Origin: Trichoplax adhaerens | Lineage: Eukaryota; Animalia; Placozoa | Direction: 5' to 3' | Length of the DNA stretch: 64,000 bases | Assembly: GCF_000150275.1 (NCBI RefSeq) | Contig: NW_002060945.1 | Span: 4,265,397 to 4,329,396 of the forward strand | In this document: piece by piece, positions 12,501-25,900 of the stretch | How positions within the stretch are numbered: the first letter of the stretch is position 1 | How the letters are laid out: every line of letters begins with the position of its first letter | Notes under the pieces: model-generated | The model's input: only the letters and a program-made list of their open reading frames with translations | Told to the model about the DNA's origin: nothing | Databases searched by the model: none | Made by a program: the position numbers and the translations under genes

Positions 12501-15500
12501 GATTGATTCTTAGTATTTTAGGATAGTTTTGGTATTTTACAGAATTTCAATGTGGATTGTTATATACTTTTTCAACTCTATCATGACAGCAAGTTTGTAG
12601 GCAAATTGCATAGTGAATAAATGAAATATTAAAATAAACACTGTACTAACATGAAATATCACGAACGAAAAGTTTCATTAATTAAAAATTTAAGGGTCAA
12701 ATACTGTTAAGTATCGTACTCACACAGTGCATAATAGTACTCATACCTAAAATTAGTACCATATTCAAAATTTACAATATAGTAATACTGTAGTATATAC
12801 ACGCGAAGTATCGCCAGTGAGATTAAATACTAGTATTGATCAACAAACTAAAAAATATATCTTAGACTTTTAGTCAATAATCTAACATACTAATTATCAA
12901 CGCTTCGCAAGCAATTGCTATGATAATATAACTCCCTAAGAGAGGAATAAGAATATTTAAGCTCTTTATTACTAAAAGTTGGATATCAGTAGCTCCCCTT
13001 GCTAATAAAACTCTAGAATAAATAACTTTTCTTGCATGATTTTATAGTGAGTTACTGCTGATAAAAGTAAATTCATCGAATCTAGTTTGTTAAAAATCTT
13101 AACTGGAATTGATATTTTACAGAACAAATATCCTAGTCTGAGTGATCTCTGTCATATGGAACTTAATGTTAGATAACATCGGACAAGTTCCATCGGTAAG
13201 TTCGTAAGTAGCGTGTTGCATGGTTCCTTAGGTTATATGTAAGCGGTAGTAAAAATAATAGAGAAGTAAAATTTTATTGTAGTAAGATATAGGCTAAATT
13301 TATTGTCGCGTCTAAAAAAATACGGACAGCTTTACTTTGCCAATTCCGTAGTGTACAAGTTGTAAATCTCGGCGTTTCAGCATTAATATGGGGATGAAAA
13401 TTATAACATGGACATACACGTATTGTCCGAGTACAATTCAGGTGGAATAATGCTAACGTTTAGCATGTCAATACGCTGCATTGACTATAGGCTTGCGAAA
13501 TTACGCAAAGTTATTTCTGTCAGTCACTGTTTCTACTGGTGCAAGTTCATGTAATGTATCAAATTTTGGAAGGATAAAATAATATTTAAACGCCTACAGA
13601 GCAACAGGTTTACCAATCTATTTATTATTCACTGGGTCTGTCCTGTATTGTTCACTTCTCATTTCCAACAACACCTACAAATCTTTATTATTTATCACTA
13701 AATCGTTTTATTCAAATATCAATGACTTGGCAAAGTGACATAAAATGGTACACGAGTCATTTGAATCCTCTTCATAACTAAGATGATATCTCTTTCTTGT
13801 ATCGTTTATAGAGACTACAATAAGTACTTACATGCCATCGTCTTCTTGTATACTAACTATCCTATTTAATTGTTGCTATTCAACTTTTAATAACAGACGC
13901 CTCATTATCAATTACAGAATGTAACGATTGGAATTTTATTCTTGAACATTCAATTCATAATTGCTTCTAGTGTAATCTATTCAATAGCGGTAAAACTGAA
14001 TTACAAGATTCTTCTATCGGCCTTCTTTTTACAAAACGTTAAACAACAAAAAAAAATATGTCACACCCTTGTTTAGAAGGCCATTAATAATATTAATAAC
14101 AATCTATTTATGAAAGCGTTTAAAATCTCAAAATGTCAGTAAGACCTTCACGGCATTTATTGTTGGTATGAATAAAGCTTGTTGCCCCATGCCTGACTCA
14201 ATTTATACGGGAAAAATTGACTACTTTCTAGTTTACTTTATAAATATAAATATACAGTATATATAATATAAGCGTTATTCAAACAAGTTTAAATTTACTG
14301 TTTTCTTTTACTGTTATCGTTCTTATTGTTACCACAATCATCTTATTGGTAAAGTTATCAACTGGTAGACGTTTATAGGCAATCACTATTCTATCCACCT
14401 GTGGATGTAAAGAACAGCATTGTTCTCCAGTTGTTTATCCATGCTCCTTGTAAGATATCATTGCTAATCGATGAATACTGTCTCGCCAATGCCGAGAAGA
14501 GCCATGAAATTCAACATTGTAATCATTGTAAGATCAGTAACATTGAATTACTTCATGCTACGCTACTGTTAAGATGATGTATTAAAATAAAAGCAAACTT
14601 ATGATTTGGCGTTTTCAACTTTCTACCACCATTCAAATTGAAAGAATGTAACAAACAATTCATCGTGACAAACGCACAAAAATTGGAAGTAAATTAGCAT
14701 AACCATATGCTTTGTAGATCCATACTAGCAATGTTGTAAGTCTTAAAAAAGATAGCTAGAAGAAAACACCAAGCTATTAAATCCTCGCTTTTTATCCTTC
14801 CTAATTTTAAGGCTATATCAAGAAATTAATGTGCATATTTAATATTTGACTAATGATAATTTGATCGAAGCAAAAATGTTTCACTTTTTCAGTTAATTTT
14901 TTAAACCCTATCTATATTTCAGTAGTATTTTATTTTTTCCTTCCCTATGATCTAAGAAACGTGTCATGAAAATAACAAATACTTCACAATTCAGTTGTCA
15001 CGGAAAGTTATTATGAACTTAATCGACCTGACAGCGAACACATCTATTATCACTGACAGCCTACTGTGCTTTTGATTATTAAGAAAATTATTTACTGTAA
15101 CTAATATTCTAAGTAAATGACGACGATAGAAACAACAGATTGCATTGTTAACTTAAAATTATACATGATAGCCTTAAAATATGCGTAATAAAATTTTTTA
15201 AATACTTTACGTATCGATACTATAGCTCACTTTCGTTACTACTTTATTTCCTATGGGAAACAAATATAACAATTGTAATAGGCTTTCCGAATAAATTTGA
15301 AGTGATATATAGTTTACTGTAGTAAGAAAGCCTTAAATTTTTCCTATGGGAGGAATCTATTCCTCACAATAGGAGCTGCGAGGGCCTTTACTGCCTTAAT
15401 AGCATTACTTTGTTGCTGTTCAATCTTTGTGTCTATCTACATGGATAAAAGCAGACATCGATTATTCAGTAGAGTAGTATCCGTAGTTCATGGGTGCGGT

Positions 15501-18500
15501 AGTTAATATCAACTGTTGAAAGTGATACCTTGTATGACCGTAGCATATTTAGTGAACTCGTTATTGATGAAATTTGGGTTGAAATAGATATTTAATCGCA
15601 GATATACTGTGATTGATCATAAAGTTACAAATCTGTCGGTCCTATTAAATTAAAGGACGAGATACCGTAAGTGTGGTTTGACGCCGTTCAATAGAATATT
15701 GTAGTGTTAGAGCATACCCTTTCGCTCAACTACGAAATTTGTTCATCAAGTCAAAGGGCCTTGTCTTCATTTATGCAAAAATGTAATTGATTATGAAATT
15801 GTACCCACCTTTCACATTCATTCGCGTGGGAAATTACTGTATGGTGGAAGAAATCTTAAAGACAGTATTTATGCTAATGAGGCTTATTATTCTTCATTAG
15901 CATAGCCCTGTAATATTTAGTAAACCCGTGTAACTACAAACCTCTGTTAGATATGCAATATGTCGTTTTTGTTATAACTTATTTCACTGACTGAACTAAT
16001 TTATCGCATAAAAATAGTAAATTAAAAACTGTTTGACTTCTACGAATTATCCCCATGACTGTAACTACGCGTAGAATTGACTCTATGTACGGTACAGTAT
16101 GGTAGTACTGTAGAATATTTGTCTTTGATTTCGCTACTTATTTTACTAACAAAAAAGTAAATGATCGCCATAAGTTTATTTCTTAACTGAAATTTGATTC
16201 TATTCTAATGATCAATCTACCCTAACAATAACGTCAACTAGAAACCCTATTGATTACTGAAATAATCGAAATTTCAGCCATAGATTTAGTACAGTTCTAA
16301 AATTTTACTATATTAAACGGTTTTTCCTCTAACCGTTCGCATTATTTACAAGTAGCATTATTCATTCTTGAGTGAAAAATACAAATGCATGTTCACGCCT
16401 CAGGATGTTATTGATCGATTCGCGATTTAATGCTGATGTAATTTGCTATCTTATCATTCATTATCCACAGATTAGAGTATCACTATTATGTATTATCAGA
16501 AAACAATATCGTTACTTATTTTTGTCATTGAGAACACAAGCAGAGTTTTTCATTTGATAAGCCGAAAATGTAGACAGTGTCAATCATGGTCTTTATTTCG
16601 TCGATGAAGTAACATTTCAAATCGGTAATTAATCCAACTTTATACACACCCGAAAGACTTACAGTATTAAACCCTCTTGTCAAAGCTAAAATGCTTCTCT
16701 AAGCTAATTTCGGTGTCTTGAGGATGTTCTTTACTAGATATCTAATTTCCTGGGTACTGTTTTAAATAGGAGGGTAAACTGATTGGGTAGATCGATCTCA
16801 AGTATCAATGATATTCGAAAACTAAAGGGTTCACAACCTTGTCAGTAGGATAATAAACTTGATTTTAAAGTTAGCACAGTAAATTACTAATAAAAAATAG
16901 AAAAATTGATTTTGAAACCATTTCAACTTTGCTGTATTGATTACACGTGAATTTTTCCTGCTTTTTTGATCTTACGAGCACAACGTTCGGTCATTACTTC
17001 ATTTTCGGTGATAATTCACCGACTTCCAAGCTCAGTGCCCTTGTATTCCTTTAGCTAAAGAAATAAGACTTTTCTATTACAGACTTGACTCCCGTCAAAT
17101 TGACATTACAAGTATAATACTGAAAAAATGTAGTCACGTTTTCAAGTGAGAGCAAATCATCAATCCTTTCTGTTTTGTATGTGAAGCATGCGTAACCGAT
17201 TGAGGTATATTCTATATATAAATTTCGTCGAAATAGTTAATATTTAGATCGAGTTGTGAACATGCTACTTCCACTTACATTATCAAATAGTTTACTAAGA
17301 CAGAGAAACTCCTCAGGATATGTATAACATGCCGTTGCTACCATTACTTTACAGTGGAAAGGTACCCTGTTGAACTACTGTACGTTAGTAAAATATTTGT
17401 TATTTAAATACAATCCTAAAATTTTTTTAACTCCAGAAAACAATGCGTAATTAGACTCATTAATTAAAATGCAGTAAGCTAACGACTTTGCATATTTAGT
17501 CCAATTTTATGAATGACTATTTACTTTGCTTTATTTGTTTAACTGCCTCCTAATTGGCTAATTTAAAGATTTTAAACGTGCCGCTATCCCTTTTTTTTGA
17601 TTTTTACAAATAAAGTGTATGAGTAACAAAGCAAATATGGAACGTGCATGACAAAATTACGCAGCAAGAGAGAACAAAATCGGATCAGTTTATCAAGGTG
17701 CTTTACTCATATTATCCTGCACGTTAAAGTACAGAAATGATAGAAAAATTACAGGAGAGCAAAACCTTTCCATGATAGCAAAAAAATTGTAAGAAAGCAG
17801 TATCAAAAGCTAATGTAGCTTAGCCACTCCAGTTAACAAAAATTCGTCTTCCGTCATTACGGTTCATTACTTATTTATAAGTAAGAATAGCTGTAGTTGT
17901 GAATTAACGTTGAACAGATCAATGCATAGACTTTTTGCTATCTTAGAATGCATGATTTATAGTGCAAAAAACATTTCTTAGAAAATACTGAACTTCAATG
18001 GTATTGCTGTAGAATAGAAAAAAGAATTAAAGTACCTAAATAAACTAAAAAATACGTACTTAGTACAGTGTATACTAGAAGTTCATGATAACAAAACTGA
18101 TAACAAAATGAAACAGAATCAGTTTTAAAGCTATTTAGCATATCCAGTTAATGCGGACAGAAATGTATCACATCTCCCATATTGATAACTAGATTAATTA
18201 AAGCAAATGATGCTGCATTGACTGTAGAGCTATAAAAAATCGCCAGTCAATATAATAAACAAGTACAAATGGGTATCATATTGTACAAAAAATGATATGA
18301 TACTGATGTAATGTTACATAAAATATTACATGAAATAACTTTTAGTGTTTTACATTATGACTCACGATAATAATGTCGTAGAGCCAAGTATCAAATGGAA
18401 TAGCAAAAATCTTAAGTCATGACAGCCAATAATGAGTGTAGCATTATAAAACCATTCAGTAAAATGCCAACTTGTACGACTTAAAGCTGTTTCATTGAAT

Positions 18501-18610
18501 TTGAATAAACTTCAAGATTACAGTATGATAAACGTTAGCTAAGAAAATTAAGTTACTATACAGTAGAACTGAATTAATCGTAACAAACTAAGTAGAAATA
18601 CATATAGAAT

Positions 18611-18646
18611 ACACACACAAGCACACATACACACACACACATACAC
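18611..18646. repeat. Imperfect (CA)n microsatellite in the KLF 3' region
   Basis: acacacacaagcacacatacacacacacacatacac. Confidence 0.8.
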
Positions 18647-18907
18647 AGAAAAGTACAAGAATATCAGTGCGATATCCAAGACAACGATTACTTGAAGCAA
18701 GTAGTCAATTCGTCTACGTACCCATATCGACTGATTATTTACTGTTATTTTGTCCATCATCGATATACACTGTATAGACAGTATTTAGGATCATAGCATC
18801 GAGTATCATTTCGATACGACGTTCAACCAAAAATGACTTTTTTAGTTGACAATAACGATGAAATAGGCTATAATTTCCAATGGTAATATGACACATTATG
18901 ATTAGTT

Positions 18908-21623
18908 TTACGCACTTGTTACGGTGATCGTTGTGGCTGTAGTCGCTTTAGCGGCAGCGATTATAGCAGCAGCGGCTCTATTGCTCTTGCTATTCGACAC
19001 AGGTGTTACCGAACGAGAAGTAACTGTTTTACTAGGTGAAGTTGGTGTTGCACCCGCAGTAATCTTAATGGTCGTACTTGCATTCTTTATGGGTGAATTA
19101 TTGACGGTATTCTTTTTGCTTTTATTGTAAGGTCCTCGTCTGCCTGTAGGATGAACGTAATTAGCATGGCGCTTAGCATGCTTGGATAGATGATCACTTC
19201 TCATGAAACGCTTATTGCAGACTGGACATTCGAAGCGTTTTTCACCAGTATGAGTTCTATAATGGCGAGCTAATTCATCGGATCGAGCAAACCTTTTACC
19301 ACATTCAGACCAAGTGCAAGGGAAAGGACGTTCACCTACGAAATTATATCAAAAGTTGGACAACCGTTATAAATTAAGATATCATAGTATATTAATTAAT
19401 TAATTATTCATCTCAAGCGCTACCAACGACTGACTACTTTACTTCTGTTACAGTCAACATTGATGTTATTAACGTTCTAGATTGTCCACATTAAAAAGTC
19501 ATTACGTTAATCAACTATTCAGTTGGTGTAAGCAAGACATTTTCAAAAATTTACTATTTCTATCGAATGAAAATGGACATTATGTCACGCAAGTACTATA
19601 TACTATCAAGACGTGCATGGGGTCAACAAGCCATCGTGTCTTTCAGAGTAAAAATGGCCGATGGATGTATTGTTCTGATCAATCAATTTGGGGTGGCTTT
19701 GTTTGTTAACAACTAAGCGCTAGTTAGGTTGATAAGTAGATGATCGCATCGGTGGCACGAGCCACGCAATCAAGTTAAGTGAAATATTTTCCATTGGATA
19801 TTTGCCAACGCTAGCATAACAACAGCATTAATACAGTTAATATTGTCATTGATGGGCAGAATAATCAATAGCATATTTTTTCTTAATGGGATTAGCGGTT
19901 GTCATAGTCTTCGTCATGCTAAAACTTGGACAGTGGACCTCTATTATCGCCCTTTTGTATACTGGTAACAACGGGAGTCACGCCAGCTTAACTAATGTCA
20001 ATGTTCTGATTGCACATTAGATGGTAAACAATTTTAAATTAGAGAGCGGGTTTTTTTTGTTTAACGGACGAAATCAGCATGGGGTTCAAATAGACGAATA
20101 AAATGATGTTGATGATCGATGAAGTGATAGCTCGGATGATTGGGATTTATATCCATGACACATACTGATTATCCTCAACCCCCCCCTACCGTTGACACAC
20201 CATCTTTTGACATGAATAATAAAATGATTGCTGCAAAAATTACTCCTACTTTTCCATCGCTGTAAATAGATTGTACGTATTGATTTGTCTCATGCAACAG
20301 TCTTGACAAAAAAAAAACTATCATACGCGTATTATGCAAGATATTCATCAACGGTATAATGCAAGCGGAGGAGCGTGTAAATCTTAACGTGCCATACGTG
20401 CTTGTATATTAATCGAACATTGAGTGTGGGTATTTTTATAAAATCAAGTGAGAAAATTTTTCCACTGTAATTCATCAAGACGTTAACGCTATGCTTGCCG
20501 TAACTAATTGTGACGAGATCCATTTGAAATTGATATTGGAGTAGGACTGTATTGATTCGGAATGTTAAATCACTATCATTGTATGATTGTTGGCGATCTT
20601 TTTTTTATTTTACCACATGCCATCAATAACGTTATCATTAAACAAACTATTCTTAATATGACGACAAAATATGTACATGTACAGTCGGCAACGACAACGA
20701 CGATGATGAATGCATGACCAGTAACGTATGCAAATCAAGAGGGAGAAAACATAGACGAATGATGAAGAGTCAACTTACTAACCTGTATGGGTTCGAATAT
20801 GAGCTTTTAAATGGGAACTTTTACCATAGACTTTACCACAACCATCATAAGGGCAAGCGTGGATCTTTTTATTTTTAGGTCCTGGCTGAGCACGTCGACC
20901 TCGACCACCACCTCGCTTAGCTCCAGGTGTGGAATTTGGCTTTGGACCACGTTTATTGCCTGTAGTTGATGTTGTAGTTGTACTTTTCGTTACATTCTTG
21001 GAAGGATTGGTAGTTACCGTTGCGTTGATCGACTTGGGCGGAATTGGGGTAGTGTTTATTCGAGTTTGGGGTGGTAATTGCTGATGATGATGATGATGAT
21101 GATGATGTTGTTGTTGTTGTTGTTGTTGAGGGCGAGGCATGACGGCCGTAGGAGGTTGTAGAGCTGCCATTTCGATCGGTTTTTCAGCAAAGCAATAAGC
21201 ATAATATGGATTATGTTGGAAAGCGGCAGGATGGAGTTGAATACTAGGATTGGCATAGTCGACAATAAAATTTTTAATTGGGGAACATGAAGCAGAACCA
21301 GGATTACTATCAGGGGGAGACAGAGGCTGATAAAATGTGGGTGGCGTTGGTTGATGATGCATATTGGGTAGTTTATCGATCTCTCTTCCACTAAGACCAG
21401 CTAAAATTTTAGCCACTGTCATCATTTGACTTTCAGATGGTGGTGGTGCAACAATAGTTGGTTGATGGTATCGAGCATATTCAGCAGTATAGAAAACTTT
21501 ATTACGTACATCGGCAGCAGTCGACATTGATAGTAAGCATTCAGCAGCAGCAGCATCAGGATTCATTCGGCGGAAAGATTTTGGTTTAGGACCAGCTGAA
21601 GGAGGAACAGCCATAGACGTCAT
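18908..21623 (-). CDS. KLF9/13: Kruppel-like factor of the KLF9/13 (BTEB) group: Sin3-interaction motif and three C2H2 zinc fingers
   Basis: Exon 21623-20783 contains the SID-like [22 protein letters not shown] and finger 1 [27 protein letters not shown] phase-1 GT-AG intron spans 20782-19336. Exon 19335-18908 encodes [57 protein letters not shown]. Confidence 0.95.
21078..21128 (-). repeat. Coding trinucleotide repeats (CAA)n(CAT)n encoding polyQ-polyH in KLF
   Basis: (tga)n followed by (tgt)n on the plus strand; translates to [17 protein letters not shown]. Confidence 0.9.
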
Positions 21624-22579
21624 GATTGTATTTTGTTGTACGGTATAGTTCAGATAGGGAGATAATTTTCAGTAGTAAATTAGACCAATTGGACGACGTA
21701 AGACAAAGAAATTTTTGAAAAGGTAGTACAAAAGCAAACGGGTAGATCAAATGTTGTCGGTCAGCGAAGCAGTAGTAGAGTAATGACTTTCAATGTAGTC
21801 CAAGCAGCTAGATTAAAAAGCAATTTGCCCTTGATTGATGGTACGTTTAGGATTAAGTCTTCCCTTGGGAATGGATGTCAAGTCCGTTGGTAAAGCAGTA
21901 ATTAAGCCAGTGATTGCAGGCAATTTCTGGACGGTATGCTGTCAACAACCTACAATAAACGCAATACGACAATAGGGCATTAGGTAAGCAAGAGACTTGC
22001 TTTATTATTAATAATATTCAAGACGAAAATGAAAAGAAAAGAAAATAGCCATGATGATAGGCATCTAGTACAGTACGGTAGATGGAGTTTATCATGACTT
22101 GTCGATGATTGTATGGACAGTAACAAGTGAAAAGATTGACTAAATGATGATCCATGCCTATCCACTCTATCCGATATCTACTATATAGTGTGGGTTTTGC
22201 AGATAATCTCTCATCTTGAATAACATGATCGGTAAATTACTACTGCAAGAGATTGAGTTAACAATGGAAAAAAAAAAGCGAGTCCAAACGATCGATCATG
22301 CAGTGAGAATAAGTTATTGTATTTGTCCATGTAAGCAACAAGTGATTGATTATTAGTAGATTCTTGGCTTACCCAATCTAATCGAGTAGACGAAAGCGAA
22401 AAAGGTTGATGTTGAATCAAAATGAGAAGCAAGTTTTCAAACTTGTCGTAGGCCCAATGTGTTGAGAGGGGGGGGAGGAAAAGGGGGGGGGGGGTAAAAA
22501 AGAAGTGATGTGTTGAGTTCAACCGGTGGTGAAGAAAACTCGACTTTCCAACTTGGACTCGCTAACAACAGCAGCAAAG

Positions 22580-22900
22580 TAAATTGTGAAGCTTGAAACT
22601 AGTGGTAGGCGGGTTTTTATAGACTATCTTGTTGTCTAGGTACAACACCGATTTAATGAACACCTGCGAGCATTACATAGAAATAAAAGCGATCAACAGA
22701 TGTTTTTTCTTTCAAATTTAGGCCCTGTAGACTTAATTACGCCTGCCAGGTGCTGCCAATATAAATTTTCTCAGTCGTACCGAGGGGGGGCGTAGCTTCC
22801 ATCCATCGAACAATCAATAAAGGCACGCGTCATGACGCCGATCGATTGGTCGTACACTTCCAAGTCTATATACAACAAGTCAATGATGGCACGTGACATC
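22580..22900 (-). promoter_or_regulatory. Putative KLF core/proximal promoter: Inr ~22587, TATA 22621-22614, GC box ~22782-22796, palindrome 22827-22838, CCAAT 22849-22845, E-box 22890-22895
   Basis: Minus-strand TATAAAAA lies ~34 nt upstream of TCACAAT. Also present are GGGGGGCGTAG, the perfect palindrome GCGTCATGACGC, ATTGG and CACGTG, in locally GC-rich sequence. Confidence 0.6.
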
Positions 22901-25900
22901 TGCGCAAGTCAACAATGGCCATCATCGCCTCGGACATTCAGATTGGGAGTTGAAAGCGTTTCAACCATTCAACAATAGTCACCACTGGAGGGTATCAAAC
23001 GATAGCGACATTATACAGTGCTTAGTATGGACTAGCCGGGATGACATGATTGGCATGACTCACAACCTCCATCCCATTCAATCACGTTACGGTACGGTAC
23101 GGTACACAACGATGGACACTGTACCGTATGGACTGACGACAGTAGACACTTGACGCGCTACACTAGACTGGCCAATCATACGTGTTGGTGGAGATGTTTG
23201 AAAATGGGGTAGTCAAACGTTGCCTCGCGGTAGGCGTCGACCCTGCCATCCAAACTACCAGCAACCACTATGGTAACTGAAGAGTGCTCCCTCGACCCAG
23301 AGCGGATTTCTTCTTACCTTAGCGCAGTCCACTCTCAAGAATATACAAATGCTATGCTGATGATAGTACTCGTATATAGGCTTGAAATAGGAAATCTTTT
23401 AGCTAGTACTACTGCACCAACGAGTGACTCAAAGATTCCAAAGATCCTTGCTTCAACGTACAGTATACTGCATAATGATCCATTGCTTTCAGAATTCACT
23501 ACCACCTTGCTACCTTGCTAAAGTAATCTCAATGTTTGCATATAGGATACAGAGAATTGCATGCCAAAAATTCACCTAAAGTGGCTACACTATGTTGCAT
23601 ACCAACTGGATACCATGATAGTTAGGCTGTACTATTTTCAATTCAATAACTAAGCGATAGTGATACTTTGACTGCAATCTTAGTGCCTAGTAGACGATAC
23701 GATAGATTCAATGGACATGACGATTGTGACGACGATCAGCCGTCTATGCTACCAAATGAACCAACGCCAAGTTGATCTGCAACATTGGCTAGCAGCGATG
23801 ATGAACGATAGTAAAATGCAACCAATGGAGTCAACAACTATCTTCCAAACACTATATACCGCAACTATGGACACGCACGGACCATACAATATGCAATAGT
23901 GTATGCAATAACTACAAGTATCAAGCCATAACACACGTCCATAAATGAATTTTTGTTGTTTATTAAATGGATATGGCAACTAGTAGTATTAATCCACAGT
24001 TCAATTTCAAACAAGCTTATACCTGCATACTAATAAATGTTGTTACAAAAATGCAAATTAGGTACACCAGGTGCAATAAATCATTTTAGCCATATGTTGA
24101 ATGATTTGCGCATAATTTCAAAATATGAATTTGACAACGATTAGAATCAAGCTATGAAGACATAGTATCCACTAAATAAATTCATTTGCTATTACACTTA
24201 GACTGATATCCCATGTTAAAATAATTGTAACGATTAATGCAATATTAAGACTCTTGCAAGTAAAAATTTTCCGCATTTTGAGAAACATCTAAATTCGTAA
24301 CGTATATTACGGCAGTGGGCTTTTACCACATTCCTCGTAGTATTATGATCATGTAATGTGAACAAGAAATAACTCTTACAAGTCCAATAGCCAATACCCC
24401 CAATTTTTCCAATAGGTAATGATTATTAAAGTCATAACCAAAGCGATTTACTACCTGTAGGTGTGCAAAATCAACTATCTCCACCTCCTTTCTAAACTAC
24501 ATATGCGGGCATTATTGTATTATTTCAATTTGCTATCTATTACCAGTAGTACGTTAAATGGAAAGGATAAACCATAACCATTGAAGTGTGGCATTTCTGT
24601 CCTAAGTTTCTCATTTTAATGATGCCATCATTTATTTATTAAAAAGGCACATTATAAAAAGCTGGTAGACTAACTTCGATAGTCCGGCTATTATGAACAA
24701 TTTTGATAACATGACATGCAAGTTCTGTTACGAAACAATCTTAAGCTGCGAGGTAGCTGCCCTTGTAATGCAGGTAAAAGCTAAAACAATCTATAGAATA
24801 TTATCTCTTTGCATGGTTTAAGACAAATAGCAATATAACATCAAGCTGCAGAACAGATAAGTATATTTTTTAGAAGTCAATCTTTTAGCAAATTTTAATT
24901 CCTAAAACCTCTTAAAGTCTCAACATGAACCGTGACAGCAATATTCCATTTTATTATGGTTAGCCTTAATTACGTAATCGCCATCTGCTGCCAAATACAG
25001 TAAGGCGGCCCATGGCCAACTAGAAGGTTGATTGAAAACAAACTGGACTAAAAGTTAACACGGTACAGTATTGTCTTCGGCTAATGCTCAGAAAAATAAA
25101 CAATATACTTTGTACTAAAATGGAAAAGAAAAATAGAGAGAAGGCCATGATTAGTTTAGATAGGGCAGATGGAAATGAAACAATAGTTACAAAATAGTCA
25201 CGGCTCTTAAGAGAAACTCCTCATTAAAGACGTGCTTTGTTATTCAATCTGACATCTATACGTCGACATTGTTCACTAATCATGATAGCCAGCGCATCTA
25301 TACACTGTAAATGATTGCATACACAGTCTTCGTATACATATTATGGATGGTCTTGTTAATCGGCAATGACTAACCTATACAGTCATACCTTCGTTGTCTA
25401 ACATGAAAGAGAAAAGTACAGTTGTAGGATTGTACAATCAATTTACAATTGCCCTACTTTATACTAGGTAAACTTGACATGAAAAGAATAGGACATTTAA
25501 ACAACATTCTATATTGCATTTTTGTAAATCCTTGGCAATGATTGACAAATAATCAGATCATTCTATACAAGCCCTCAAATTCAATCGTTTTATCCGGCAT
25601 CTACAAAACAATCGTACTCAAAACCGAATGCAGTCTTAATACAAAATTGATGACGACATAATCTTAGTAATACAAAGGAACCGAGGATATCATAACTTCG
25701 GCTTATTTCGATAGCTAACAGTTAAAACTATTTCTAAACTACAAGATATTAATCATACCTTTCACTACTAATCGATTTACATGGTATGTGTTCTAACGTC
25801 TATTATGGAAAATAGTGGATAATAGGGAAGAAAATTCTCAACATTTTTCCCTACAGATTTTCACATCGCCATGTTTGTTATCCTGTATGCAAGGCACAAT

